Made by a program: the position numbers and the translations under genes. 64,000 nt of DNA from a bacterium (GTDB taxonomy: Bacteria > Ratteibacteria > UBA8468 > B48-G9 > DSTR01), in contig JAKPFT010000087.1 in the NCBI GenBank assembly GCA_029551285.1, positions 168-64,167 on the forward strand. The letters run 5' to 3'. Below the pieces are notes generated by a model. That model did not search any database, had not been told where the DNA came from, and worked only from the letters and a program-made list of their open reading frames with translations. Positions 28,501 to 37,637 of the stretch are shown one piece after another; position 1 is the stretch's first letter; each line of letters starts with the position of its first letter.

Positions 28501-29847
28501 ACGACGGCCAGTAAGAGAAAAGTTGGCCATCACAGTTTTGCCACTATTCATGGTCACGGTGGCCGGGTTATCTGTCCCGGTTAAGTCTCCGCTCCAGCCC
28601 GTGAAGGTGAAACCGCTGTTAGCCACCGCAGTCACCTGAACACTTTCGCCGCTGTCATACCAGTTACTGCTGGGTGTTACCGAACCGCCCGCGGCTGGAT
28701 TGGTCTGCGTCGTCAAAAGGTACTGGACCTTCCAGTTCCAGGTGATGGTGGAATTCTGGGTAATGGTGAAGGTTACGGAAGTAGCCGTACCGCTGGCCGG
28801 CACATCTCCGGTTCCAGTCCAGCCGGTGCAGACATATCTGGTGTTACCGGCAGTTACCGGCGAAAAAACAGAAGCGGTTACTGAAGTGCCGGTGGCGTAA
28901 GAGTGGCTGCCGACACCCGGGTCAGGTGAACCGTAAGCGCTGGCCACGGTCAGATTAACCTGACCAAGAAAGACCGCGGTAACTGTTCTGGGCGCATTAA
29001 CTGTGACTACGGTCGGATTGGTAGACCCAGAAAGGTCTCCACTCCAGTGGTCAAAAACATAGCTGGGGTTGGCTGTCGCCTGGACCTGCACCTGGCTGCC
29101 GCTGTCGTACCAGTTGCTGGCTGGCGTGACTGTTCCGGCCTGAACCGGGTCAGCCTGCGTGGTTAAGTAATACTGGACCTTCCAGTTCCAGGTGATGGTG
29201 GAGTTGTTGGTAATGGTGAAGGTTACGGAAGTAGCCGTACCGCTGGCCGGCACATCTCCGGTTCCAGTCCATCCGGTGCAGACATAGCGCACTCCAGAGC
29301 CAGCATCAACCGGCGAGGTGACTGAGGCAGTAACTTGAGTTCCGGTATTATAGTAATGAATACCCACGCCCGGGTTGGGCGAGCCGTAGGTGCTGGTGAC
29401 ACTTAAGGTTAACTGGCTGACGCTGGTGCTCAGATTAACATTCAGCTTGCCCTTGTCCACCCAGACAGGACTGTCCGGACCCAGCAGTACCGCATCAAAT
29501 ACCTGATTGGTGCTGGCCTGCCAGATTTTGAAGGTAATCGTATCACCTGGCTGAGCGCCTTCATCTATTGTTGGAGTGGTGGAATCATCGCCATAAACTG
29601 CCATGAAACCGTAGAAACCCTCGGTGTTCACCGTGAAAACACCGCAGCAAACTCCCTGCGGGTCAAAAGCCGCCACCTCATCGCCGGGTTGAGCCGGACT
29701 GCCATTTACCTGAACTGTGCCGTAAAAGTCGCAGGAAGTCGGCGACGTTCCCACGATGGAGAAGTGGCCGGAGAAACACAACTGACCAAAAAGAAGAGAA
29801 ACAGCCAGGACTGCAAACCCCAATCCAATCTGCTTTTGAGGTCTCAT
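25537..29847 (-). CDS. Large secreted protein (1436 aa): 3 GDD..DEGA domains, many InlB-B/Ig-like repeats, tandem LxxGWNL domains
   Basis: Signal peptide; repeats YVCTGWTGTG, WSGDL.G..NP and QYYL..S.YG.P.G.GWY; C-terminal PGYGYWIK twice. Confidence 0.85.
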   Translation of the reverse strand: MRPQKQIGLGFAVLAVSLLFGQLCFSGHFSIVGTSPTSCDFYGTVQVNGSPAQPGDEVAAFDPQGVCCGVFTVNTEGFYGFMAVYGDDSTTPTIDEGAQPGDTITFKIWQASTNQVFDAVLLGPDSPVWVDKGKLNVNLSTSVSQLTLSVTSTYGSPNPGVGIHYYNTGTQVTASVTSPVDAGSGVRYVCTGWTGTGDVPASGTATSVTFTITNNSTITWNWKVQYYLTTQADPVQAGTVTPASNWYDSGSQVQVQATANPSYVFDHWSGDLSGSTNPTVVTVNAPRTVTAVFLGQVNLTVASAYGSPDPGVGSHSYATGTSVTASVFSPVTAGNTRYVCTGWTGTGDVPASGTATSVTFTITQNSTITWNWKVQYLLTTQTNPAAGGSVTPSSNWYDSGESVQVTAVANSGFTFTGWSGDLTGTDNPATVTMNSGKTVMANFSLTGRRYTPVAKTPSVREFYGVITINGVPAQSGDEVGAFDPQGVCCGAFVVEHAGYYGYLPVYGDDSTTPAEDEGAENGDTITFRIWDASEQKEYLAIASVTPLWDPSADPLEVNLSTGASLTVSSAYGSPEPSAGLHIYDTLTQVTASVVSPVAGETGIRYVCTGWTGTGDVPTSGTATSVTFTITNNSTITWNWKTQYLLTIVSAYGTPVGAGWYDAGTTANWSVTSPVAGAEGVRYVAVPSSGSVLMDGPKTITISWITQYYLTLNSTYGTPVGAGWYNEGTSANWSVNSPVAGATGVQYVAIPASGSVFMDGPKTVNITWVTQYYLTIVSAHGSPAGAGWYNAGSTANWSVDSPVAGTTGTRYEARPSSGSVVMNAPNTVTISWTTQYYLSVVSEHGNPQGEGWYDAGTTANWSVTSPWSGGTGIRFVTAPSSGSKVMNEPDTVVISWTTQYYFTVISQHGSPSGEDWYNAGSLVGSAVTTPVTVGSTQYVCTGWTGTGSAPASGTDSSLTFTINEPSAVTWLWKTQYYLKINSEYGNPQGEGWYDAGTTANWSVTTPVSGGTGIRYVTSPASGSLLMNEAKTLNLSWTTQYYLTTGVNNSFGGSVSPESNWYDSGSQVQVQATASSDYTFTGWSGSLSGTTNPVSVTMNGPKEVTANFYHFLPFTQSNYSVRFHGTVKIFTVDAAAGDEIAVYDSSGVCCGSFLVTNTGSYGDLLVYGDDPDTSGVDEGASPGEGLTFRIWKASEKKTYTAKPLGPDNATWTANGDSRQVNLDVGQRIPLKAGWNLFSFSVNRLYYSSQNPPDVATLSGTEAVPVNDIAQALSSIAGKFEVIRSFDKDGYHTYYPDTPQYNTLNYLAPGYGYWIKMKEDVTLELLGAKISPTDTLSVTVDANRRWVLVGCWAPVCYYDTATAPLVTLPEDVTEAIKVDDVGAVLTSLTGQFTYIRSFDADGYHTYKPDTPIFNTLHYFAPGYGYWIKLSENGQLRWSQ
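27929..29286. repeat. Three near-identical 107-bp intragenic repeats (27929-28035, 28730-28836, 29180-29286)
   Basis: Direct comparison; they encode YVCTGWTGTGDVPxSGTATSVTFTITxNSTITWNWK. Confidence 0.85.
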
Positions 29848-29862
29848 GGCACCTGCCCTCCT

Positions 29863-30261
29863 TTACTCAACGACGAAAAGATTGACCTGGTGACGGTCAT
29901 GGTTCTTCGTCCAGACAGCATTTTCCGGCTTATCAACCACCGCAGTTTTGCCGTTAATCTTGAAGGTAATAACATCTCCAGGTTCAGCCCCCTCATCTCT
30001 GGTGGTGGTGGGGTCATCGCCGTAGACGCAAAGATACCCGAAGACGCCTAATTTTTTTACGATGAACTTCCCGCAGAGGTTACCCTGAGGGTCGTAGGCG
30101 GTGATGACATCGCCTTCTTTGACCGGTGCATTGTTCACCATCGCCTGGCCGTAAAAATCAACACCTTCAGGGGTGGGAGTAACTCTTTCCTCAGCCAGCA
30201 AAATAGCGGTTAACATCAGCGACAGAAGGAGCCCGAAGATCATATGCCCTCTCATCTTCAC
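29863..30261 (-). CDS. Small secreted stand-alone GDD..DEGA domain protein
   Basis: Signal peptide plus a single domain (FYG..GD.ITAYDPQG.LCG..VYGDDPTT.RDEGA.PGD.ITF). Confidence 0.8.
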   Translation of the reverse strand: MKMRGHMIFGLLLSLMLTAILLAEERVTPTPEGVDFYGQAMVNNAPVKEGDVITAYDPQGNLCGKFIVKKLGVFGYLCVYGDDPTTTRDEGAEPGDVITFKINGKTAVVDKPENAVWTKNHDRHQVNLFVVE

Positions 30262-30301
30262 CCCCTGATTGTCAGGATAAACATTGTGGTCTCTGTCTTT
30301 C

Positions 30302-32185
30302 TCACTGTGTTCCCCATCGGAAGGAACGTGAAGTTGTCATTTTTATCCAGTAACCGTATCCCGGCCCGAAGTAGTGCAGGGTATTGAAAACAGGATTTAC
30401 TGCCGGGTCAAAGGTCCTGGCGCCATAAGCGTCAAAGCCGCGTACCACGCTGTAGTATCCGGCAATACTGTTTAAGGCATTGGCCACGCTGGGAAGGGAA
30501 ACAAAACTGTTCACTCCTTCCGGAAAGGAAACTGCCGGTTGACTGCCATTATCGTAATATACATTTGTGTCCCAGTATCCCACTAAATTCCAGCCAGTAT
30601 TCAGGGTGAGGGTGGCTGAAGGATTAACCGGCTCGCCTTCTAATTCAAGGGTTGCGGCTTCGCTCATCTTAATCCAGTAGCCATAGCCGGGTGCCAGATA
30701 ATGCAGGGTATTAAACACAGGATTGACCGTGGGGTCAAAGGTCATGGCGCCAGAGGCGTCAAAGCCGCGGACCACCGTATATTTACCGGCAATGGAAGTT
30801 AGAACATCTCCAATGCTGTTGACTTTCTGGTAATTGACCCCGGCCAACATCGCCACGTTCGGCTGAGCGGCACTGTCGTAAAAACAGGTGTTGAGTGGAA
30901 AACTGATTAGGTTCCAGCCGGCGACCAGAGGCATTCTCCAGCGATTAATTCCGTTAAGGTTAACATTGCGATTGACACCATCCTGCCAGAGGATGCTGTC
31001 GGGGCCAAGCGCGGTGGCCAGGTAGATTTTTTTCTCCGCGGCTGACCAGATTTTGAAGGTGATGGTATCGCCGTTTTGCGCGCCTTCATCCCTGGTGGGA
31101 GTCGTCGGGTCATCGCCGTAAACAGGCATGAAACCGTAAAAACCAGCTGTCGTAACCTTCCATGTTCCACAGCAGACACCCTGCGGGTCAAAGGCGGCAA
31201 TCATATCACCTGGCTGGACATTCACGCTGTTAATCGTCGCGTTTCCATAGAAATTGATCCAGGTGTTGGTCGTGGTTAGTATCCCGAACGGAAAAAGATA
31301 CTCTGAGGTAGCAATGCTGCTGGGGTTCATGCCTTCTTTGAAGGCTCTGGCCTTGATGGTAGTGGCTGTAGCGACACTCAGCGGCGTGGTGTAAACAGTT
31401 GAAGTCTCCGTAGGGTCAGAGCCGTCGGTGGTATAGCGAATCGTTGCGCCGCTGGTAACGCAGGTAATAGCAACACTGAGACTGCTGCTGTAAGCGCCGG
31501 GGTTTGGACTGAAGGTTGGGGTAGCCACTGTTTCCAAGATTGTATAAAGCCCGCAGGCTATCTGACTGGGATTCATCCCTTCCTTGAAGGCTCTGGCTTT
31601 GATGGTCGTGGTGGTATTAACAGCCACCGGTGTCGTGTAAATGGTTGAAGTCTCCGTGGGGTCAGAGCCGTCGGTGGTATAACGGATGGAGGCCCCGCTG
31701 GTGCTGCAGGTGATGGCTACTGATTGTGCGCTAGCGTAACTGCCGGGAGGTGGCGAAAACTGCGGCGTGGAAACAGTGGAATTGTCAAGAATTACGGTGT
31801 CGCCGACGATGTTGTAAGTGCCGTAATCGTCAACGACAGAGCCGGTGAAAACTTTGTCGCCGCTATCACCAGCAGGAACGCTGACAGTGTAAGTAATCTG
31901 ATAGGGCACATCTATCGGGTTCGTACTGTAATTGAGCCACTTGTAGCGGTTGTCTTCCGAAATGTAAGTGCTATAAGGCGGGGTGGAGGAAACAATGGTC
32001 CAGCCTTGCGGCAGATACTCCCGAATAACGATGCTCACCACATGGTCAGGAATGACGGTGAGGGTAACCTGAAAAGTAGTGCCGGCCACATAACCGTCAG
32101 GCAGATTTCTGGTGACGCTGGTAGCGGAGAAGACCTGGCTGGAAAGAAAAAGGGAAAGAAACAATAAAGAAAACTTTCTCGTCAT
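30302..32185 (-). CDS. Secreted protein: Ig/cohesin-like domain, 2 Fn3-associated domains, GDD..DEGA domain, tandem LxxGWNL domains
   Basis: Probable start MTRKFSLL at 32185 with AAGGAG RBS; domain motifs visible in the translation. Confidence 0.82.
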   Translation of the reverse strand: MTRKFSLLFLSLFLSSQVFSATSVTRNLPDGYVAGTTFQVTLTVIPDHVVSIVIREYLPQGWTIVSSTPPYSTYISEDNRYKWLNYSTNPIDVPYQITYTVSVPAGDSGDKVFTGSVVDDYGTYNIVGDTVILDNSTVSTPQFSPPPGSYASAQSVAITCSTSGASIRYTTDGSDPTETSTIYTTPVAVNTTTTIKARAFKEGMNPSQIACGLYTILETVATPTFSPNPGAYSSSLSVAITCVTSGATIRYTTDGSDPTETSTVYTTPLSVATATTIKARAFKEGMNPSSIATSEYLFPFGILTTTNTWINFYGNATINSVNVQPGDMIAAFDPQGVCCGTWKVTTAGFYGFMPVYGDDPTTPTRDEGAQNGDTITFKIWSAAEKKIYLATALGPDSILWQDGVNRNVNLNGINRWRMPLVAGWNLISFPLNTCFYDSAAQPNVAMLAGVNYQKVNSIGDVLTSIAGKYTVVRGFDASGAMTFDPTVNPVFNTLHYLAPGYGYWIKMSEAATLELEGEPVNPSATLTLNTGWNLVGYWDTNVYYDNGSQPAVSFPEGVNSFVSLPSVANALNSIAGYYSVVRGFDAYGARTFDPAVNPVFNTLHYFGPGYGYWIKMTTSRSFRWGTQ

Positions 32186-32259
32186 GGAAGGCTCCTTCGG
32201 TTGGCAGGGTTTCTGGCTCATTTTTCTATTGTTTTTAGCCGCACTTCACCTATGCTGCA

Positions 32260-32289
32260 ATTTTACCCCGGCACACCCTTTTCTGTCAA
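32260..32289 (-). promoter_or_regulatory. sigma70 promoter (TTGACA-18-TAAAAT) of the surface-protein operon
   Basis: -35 at 32284-32289, -10 at 32260-32265. Confidence 0.7.
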
Positions 32290-32306
32290 GTCGCTTTTTT
32301 TAGACG

Positions 32307-32598
32307 CTAAAATACCCGCATAAAGGCATGGTTAACGAGGGAAGATTTCAAGACACGGTAGCCGATGGCGCAGTTACAAGACAAGCACCCAAAGCGGCAG
32401 CGTTCGGTAAGCGTCCCCCAAAAGGCAATCCGGGACGGCCACCTTACCCGGCGGTGTCTCCAGTTCGCCGCATGACGAATGAGTTCGCGCCAGCAACCGA
32501 TTGGGTGTGTAATCTTGTCTGCAACAAGGCGTGTGGGCAGAAATCTTCCCGAAGTTAGACACCTTTTTTTCACAACCTTCGTTATCTCGTGCTTTTAG
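32307..32598 (-). mobile_element. MITE copy C (long form, 292 bp)
   Basis: 7-bp direct repeat TTAGACG at 32300-32306 and 32599-32605; ends CTAAAA..TTTTAG; homologous to 56017-56308 in reverse orientation. Confidence 0.85.
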
Positions 32599-34174
32599 TT
32601 AGACGCCGATACTTTGACCTCAGTATAGTTAGCAGCCAGAAGCCAACCATCAGATACGGAAGAAGTCCTTTTAGAAAGAGAGCAGCCAGCCAGACCACCG
32701 GATAAAGCATCAGGCGAACGATGGCTCTAAGCCAGCCTTTTCTGGAAATGAAGGAAGCCGCGGCTGGCCCTTTCCGGTAATACCAGGTGACAAAAGCCCG
32801 GCCAACTTCAGTTGGACAGAGTACTCTATCCCGGAAAAGACGCAACACTTCAATCTCCTTGCTCAACGGCGAGCCGAAAGCAGCCGTGGCGATAAAACAG
32901 CCACCACTGTCAGCGCTGCGGACCACCGGGCCGGAAGGGTCAACAATCACTCCATTAGCCACTCCATCAGCGTCGCCTGAGCCACCGTCAGTAAGGGTCA
33001 CAATGGCTACATTGCCGGTCATTTCAACCTGGGAATACTCCTGCCATCGCTGAGTGGCTGCCGCGCTCTCATCATACTTGTACCATCTGCTGCCTCCAGG
33101 CAGAACTTCCGGGAAGATAAAGCGCAACCTCACTGTTTGCCCTTCTGGCACTTCCACGCGGCTGAGAAAGACACCATAAGGAGCCCGGAGAAAATCAGGC
33201 AGATTCTCAGCCTCCATGCCAGAAAAGTAGGTTACGGGATATCCATCAGGAGATTCCAGCAGAACAGCCTTATCGTGGAAGGAGATAATTTTCGTATCCT
33301 GAGGTAAAGGCAGGTCCGGATTGTATCCGTAATGGGAAAGGTCTTCCCCGGCCGGCTCCTGTTGGTCAGGGATACCATTGCCGTCGGTATCTTCTGTTTG
33401 ACTGCGGGGCACCGTGGTTATGGCTGCTTCTGCGGGTTGGGAACTTCGGCCAGCGCTGTCGGTGGCCTGAACCCTGATGATATAAGAAGTTTCTGGTTGC
33501 AGGATGCAGGAGCCAATCCAGGCAGCATTAACCTGGCCTGAGGTAACGCTTGTGGCAAAGACAATTGTCTCGTTGTTAGCGCAACGTATTTCCCAGGAGC
33601 TGGAAGCCGCAGGGGTGTTGAGCGGACTCAAATACTGCCCTGTCACCTTAATCGGAATGTCTACGGCAAGAGCGCTGGCGTTCAGGGCCTGGCCGTCCTG
33701 ATTGAAGAATTGCAAATTGTAAAAGAAGGGCTGGCCGTCAGAAGTAAACTGCTCACCGCCGATGGCAGTCTCATACTGATAATTGGAGACGTCAATCCAG
33801 CGACAAGTTCCCTGAAATGTTCTGGCGCCGCTGGCCTGCTCTGGAATCTGAAGTTGATAGCTAATGTCCATAGAAGTGTCACTGATGACATCGTGGAATT
33901 CCCACTTGATTTCGCCGGTCTCAGGAAGGAACCGACTCTGGACAGGGTCTGCCGTGACTAAGTTCCAGCCCACCGGGACATATTCGGTTACAATTACGGC
34001 ATTGGGCAGGTTGGCTTCATCCACTTCAAGGTTCAGCGTCACCGTGAGACTGCTGCCAGGCTGGTAGGCCACCGGCAAGGTTCTGGTAGCCGTCACTGTC
34101 TGAGCAAATTGAGCGAAGGAAAAGGATGGAAGGAAAAGAAGAAGCACAAGCAATAAACCAGCAACCTTTCTCAT
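32582..34174 (-). CDS. Surface protein with Ig/cohesin-like domain, choice-of-anchor U domain and CFI-box-CTERM
   Basis: Start MRKVAGLL (ATGA overlap); LTDGGSGDADGVANGVIVDP; GGCFIATAAFGS..LR.FRD..L; C-terminal TM helix and basic tail. Confidence 0.85.
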   Translation of the reverse strand: MRKVAGLLLVLLLFLPSFSFAQFAQTVTATRTLPVAYQPGSSLTVTLNLEVDEANLPNAVIVTEYVPVGWNLVTADPVQSRFLPETGEIKWEFHDVISDTSMDISYQLQIPEQASGARTFQGTCRWIDVSNYQYETAIGGEQFTSDGQPFFYNLQFFNQDGQALNASALAVDIPIKVTGQYLSPLNTPAASSSWEIRCANNETIVFATSVTSGQVNAAWIGSCILQPETSYIIRVQATDSAGRSSQPAEAAITTVPRSQTEDTDGNGIPDQQEPAGEDLSHYGYNPDLPLPQDTKIISFHDKAVLLESPDGYPVTYFSGMEAENLPDFLRAPYGVFLSRVEVPEGQTVRLRFIFPEVLPGGSRWYKYDESAAATQRWQEYSQVEMTGNVAIVTLTDGGSGDADGVANGVIVDPSGPVVRSADSGGCFIATAAFGSPLSKEIEVLRLFRDRVLCPTEVGRAFVTWYYRKGPAAASFISRKGWLRAIVRLMLYPVVWLAALFLKGLLPYLMVGFWLLTILRSKYRRLTKSTR

Positions 34175-36825
34175 GGTCCCCCCTGCTTTTGGAAGACTGG
34201 CAAGCGGCATCTTTGATTCACTGACTGAACCTGACCGTAAGTTGTCTGTTCCGGTGCGCTGATGGTGAAAAAACCGCTACTTCCGCTCACTCCAGGCAAG
34301 TCTTTACTGGCTACCCGAATTTGATAATCGGCTCCTGCCGGCAGTGTCGCTGGAATACTCCACGGACAGAAACCTTCGCCCTGCTGGCCAGGGCTGACCG
34401 TGGTGATGGTACCAAGAAGAAGACCTGATTTCCACAACTGCACCGTAACCTGTGAACCCGGGAAACCCTGGTATTGCCAGCGGATAGTTTGACTGCTGCC
34501 GGCCGGCCAGATTTCGCCGGCCATGGGCGCCACTACGGCGATACTTCCATGAGAAATAGAAAAGGACCCGCTTTCGGCAAACAGAGAGGGATAACGATAA
34601 CTGGTCACCCTGATTAGATAGTTATCCCCCGGAGTCAGGTTCAGCGGTATTGCCCAGGTCTGAGTTCCTTCTCCGGCTTGGCCGACGCAGGAACCGGCGG
34701 AGATCAGTCCCTTCCTTTTTCCGCCTTGATAAAGTTCCATCCTTACCTGATTGCCCGGGTCTCCAGTGTACTGCCAGCGGATGGAAGCTGTCGTTCCGGT
34801 ATACCAGACCGCGCCTGGTTCCGGCGCCACCACCGCGATGCTTTTCTTATGGATGCTGAAAAATTGGGCGCTGGCATCACTGACCCAGGGGTACTCCTTG
34901 CTGGTGATGCGCATCCGGTAGCGGCTGCCTTCCGCAATCCCGGCTGGCTTCCAGGGATAACTGCCCTGGCCTTCCCGGCCAATGCTGACGCCATCAGAGA
35001 CTATTGCGGCTACTTCCTCTCCGTCCAGCAGGGCAATTTCCACATTACGGCCGGCCTGGCCGGTGTACTGCCAGCGGATGAGTTGAAGGCTGTCCCTGTC
35101 CCAGGACTCACCGCCAGCCGGCGAAAGAACTTTTAACCAGGCCAGTGGCTGAGTGATGGAGAGGGAAAAATCCCGGCGGTCACTCCCCGGTGGAGTGGAA
35201 CTATCTGTGACCTGAATCTGGAACGAGTAAACGCCGGCACTGGCCGGTGTTCCTTCCACACAGGCCTGGCTGTTGGCCGTGGTCAGGGTCAAGCCTGGCG
35301 GCAACTGGCCGCTAACCAGTGACCAGAAATAGGGTTTCTCACCGCCGTCAGCCAGGACCCTGTTCCGGTAAAATCTGCCAGTATAGCCGCTGGCCAGAGA
35401 GGGAGTAATAATTTTTACCTGGCCACCGACGACATCAAAGGCGTTGCTGCTGCCGCTTTTTCCCTGTGCCGCCACAGTGATGACATTGCCTGCTTTAACG
35501 GCATTGATGGTCACATTCCCTTCCCAGTAACCCTCGGTAAAATTGCCGGTGCTGGCAGGCGAAATAGTCCCGGTCAGGTCAGAAAGGGAAACCACACCAT
35601 TGAACTGGCGATAAAGTTGGCCACTCCTGTCCCGGGCCGTAATTTTCAGCAGGAAGGCAACGCCTGTCTTCTGGGGAGAAGAAATGGGGGAGACCTCAAA
35701 TCTTTCCAGGCTGGGCGGGGCACCAAGCGCATAAAAAGTTCCATCCGAACAACCTGAGAAAACCGTGCCGTCAGCGCCGATGGCTGGCGAGGCAGCACCT
35801 GCGGGACTGCCGAGAGCAAACTTCCACTTCAGCCGTCCGTTGCGGTCTATGCAATAAAGATGGCCGTCGTTACACCCGAAATAAAAGTTGTTCTGGCTGT
35901 CCACAGCTGGTGAAGATTCTACAGTGTTCTCTGTCCGGTAGAGCCACTTAAGTTTGCCGAAGCCATCCAGCGCTGCGAGGAAATTTCCGGCGCCAACATA
36001 GATGCGGCCGTTGAAATCTATGGCTGGAGAAGAGACCAGCGCCGCCCCGAAACTGTACTTCCACCTTTCTGTTCCCCCGCCGCTGACACCATAAAAGTAA
36101 CCGGCCTGGTTGCCCAGATAGATTGTCCCGTCAGGGCCAACTGAAGGAGCGTGGGTTATGGCTGAGCCGGTCACCACCCGGAAAAGGAGTTTTCCTTCCG
36201 GGTTGAATCCATAAAGACTGCCATCAGAAGAACCGACATAGATTTCCCCGGAAAAACCAATCACCGGAGAGGAGAAAACAGGGCCTTCTGTCTGGAATTT
36301 CCAGCGGACGGTCCCGTCAGATTTCAAGGCGTAGAGGCACCGATCACCGGAACCAACATAGATAGTCCCCTCACTGTCTATCACCGGAGAAGAGAAATTA
36401 CCCCCGGTGGTGGTCAGTTTCCACTTCAAACTTCCGGTGGCAGAAACAGCGCAAAGCGCGCCTTCTCCGGAACTGACATAGGTGCTCAGATAGACCGTAC
36501 CGTCACTGCCCAGGGCCGGCGAGGAACGGATGGTGCCGCCTGGACGAAAACTCCAGCGTAAGGTGCCATCAGGCGCTAAGGCATAAAGAGTGCCTTTTTC
36601 TGAGGTAAAATAAACGCTGCCGTCGGAACCTATAGCCGGGGAAGAGACAATCGCGGCGTCGGCTTTGAACTTCCATTTCAGGGAAGGTTGTTCTGGTCCA
36701 GGCACTGTGGCCCGGCCGGTGTGTCTGGCATCGTGGCGAAACATTGGCCAGACTTCGGATGCTTCGGGATAGCCGCAGGAAAAAATCAAAGAAAGACAGG
36801 CAACCAGCCAGATTTTTCCGCTCAT
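34171..36825 (-). CDS. Secreted PQQ-like beta-propeller protein with Ig-like C-terminal domains
   Basis: Start MSGKIWL at 36825 with GGAGG RBS; WPMFRHDARHTG; repeated SSPAIG.DG..Y blades; GQLPPGLTL Ig domain; three SP.GGE.W-type domains. Confidence 0.85.
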   Translation of the reverse strand: MSGKIWLVACLSLIFSCGYPEASEVWPMFRHDARHTGRATVPGPEQPSLKWKFKADAAIVSSPAIGSDGSVYFTSEKGTLYALAPDGTLRWSFRPGGTIRSSPALGSDGTVYLSTYVSSGEGALCAVSATGSLKWKLTTTGGNFSSPVIDSEGTIYVGSGDRCLYALKSDGTVRWKFQTEGPVFSSPVIGFSGEIYVGSSDGSLYGFNPEGKLLFRVVTGSAITHAPSVGPDGTIYLGNQAGYFYGVSGGGTERWKYSFGAALVSSPAIDFNGRIYVGAGNFLAALDGFGKLKWLYRTENTVESSPAVDSQNNFYFGCNDGHLYCIDRNGRLKWKFALGSPAGAASPAIGADGTVFSGCSDGTFYALGAPPSLERFEVSPISSPQKTGVAFLLKITARDRSGQLYRQFNGVVSLSDLTGTISPASTGNFTEGYWEGNVTINAVKAGNVITVAAQGKSGSSNAFDVVGGQVKIITPSLASGYTGRFYRNRVLADGGEKPYFWSLVSGQLPPGLTLTTANSQACVEGTPASAGVYSFQIQVTDSSTPPGSDRRDFSLSITQPLAWLKVLSPAGGESWDRDSLQLIRWQYTGQAGRNVEIALLDGEEVAAIVSDGVSIGREGQGSYPWKPAGIAEGSRYRMRITSKEYPWVSDASAQFFSIHKKSIAVVAPEPGAVWYTGTTASIRWQYTGDPGNQVRMELYQGGKRKGLISAGSCVGQAGEGTQTWAIPLNLTPGDNYLIRVTSYRYPSLFAESGSFSISHGSIAVVAPMAGEIWPAGSSQTIRWQYQGFPGSQVTVQLWKSGLLLGTITTVSPGQQGEGFCPWSIPATLPAGADYQIRVASKDLPGVSGSSGFFTISAPEQTTYGQVQSVNQRCRLPVFQKQGGP

Positions 36826-36839
36826 CGGCACTCCTCCAG

Positions 36840-36893
36840 TTGACGTCAGTGGCCACCCTGATAAAATATACTGCGTCAGAGAAACAAAGTCAA
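36840..36893. promoter_or_regulatory. Overlapping divergent sigma70 promoters
   Basis: Plus strand TTGACG(36840)-16-TAAAAT; minus strand TTGACT(36893)-17-TATATT. Confidence 0.55.
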
Positions 36894-36897
36894 GGCC

Positions 36898-37635
36898 ATG
36901 ATGATGGACAGAAGTTGCTTCCTGAAAAGGGAGAAAAAAGTCCTGGTGATTATCCCGGCCTTCAACGAAGCCAGCAGTATCGTCGGGGTTGTTCGGGGCG
37001 TGAAACAATCTTTTCCTGAAGCCGACATCCTGGTGGTGGATGATGGCTCAAAAGACGCTACCGGAGAACTGGCTCGGCAGGAGGGGGCCGGTGTGGTGCG
37101 ACTGCCTTTCAACCTGGGGGTGGGCGCAGCCCTCCAGACAGGCTACAGGTACGCGCTGAGGTATGCCTACGAGTTCGTTGTTCAACTGGACGCCGATGGC
37201 CAGCATGACCCTCTTTACCTGCCGGAATTGCTTCGGCCGTTAAGTGAAGACCAGGTTGACCTGGTGATTGGTTCCCGGTTTCTTGAAAGAAGCAGATTTC
37301 CAGGTTCATGGACCAGGCTGGTGGGTATCAAAATCTTTGCCTTTCTGACCTGGCTGGCGACCGGGCAGAGGCTGACTGACCCGACTTCCGGCTACCGGGC
37401 CATGAGGCGGTCGGTAGTGGAATTTTTCTGCAGCGATTTTTTCCCTCATGATTATCCTGACGCTGATGTCCTCATCACTACCTGCCGGGCCGGGTTTCGC
37501 CTCAAGGAAATTCCTGTGGTGATGAAGGAACGGCTAACCGGCTGTTCTCTCCATCGCGGACTGAAACCCTTTTACTACATCTACAAGATGTTTCTATCCA
37601 TTCTGGTGAGCGTTTTGCGCCAGGACTGGAGGTAG
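36898..37635 (+). CDS. GT2 glycosyltransferase (polyprenol-phosphate sugar synthase/DPM1-like)
   Basis: IIPAFNE, VVDDGSKD, DADGQHDP, GSRF and DPTSGYRA. Confidence 0.88.
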   Translation: MMMDRSCFLKREKKVLVIIPAFNEASSIVGVVRGVKQSFPEADILVVDDGSKDATGELARQEGAGVVRLPFNLGVGAALQTGYRYALRYAYEFVVQLDADGQHDPLYLPELLRPLSEDQVDLVIGSRFLERSRFPGSWTRLVGIKIFAFLTWLATGQRLTDPTSGYRAMRRSVVEFFCSDFFPHDYPDADVLITTCRAGFRLKEIPVVMKERLTGCSLHRGLKPFYYIYKMFLSILVSVLRQDWR

Positions 37636-37637
37636 GC

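Noticed and set aside
32307..32573. Small ORFs within MITE copy C that resemble the translation of copy D
   Set aside because: The frame shifts between copies, so the similarity reflects the DNA repeat and not a conserved protein.
36826..37008. Longer start for the PQQ-propeller ORF
   Set aside because: It overlaps the GT2 gene and the promoters; the RBS and signal peptide indicate 36825.
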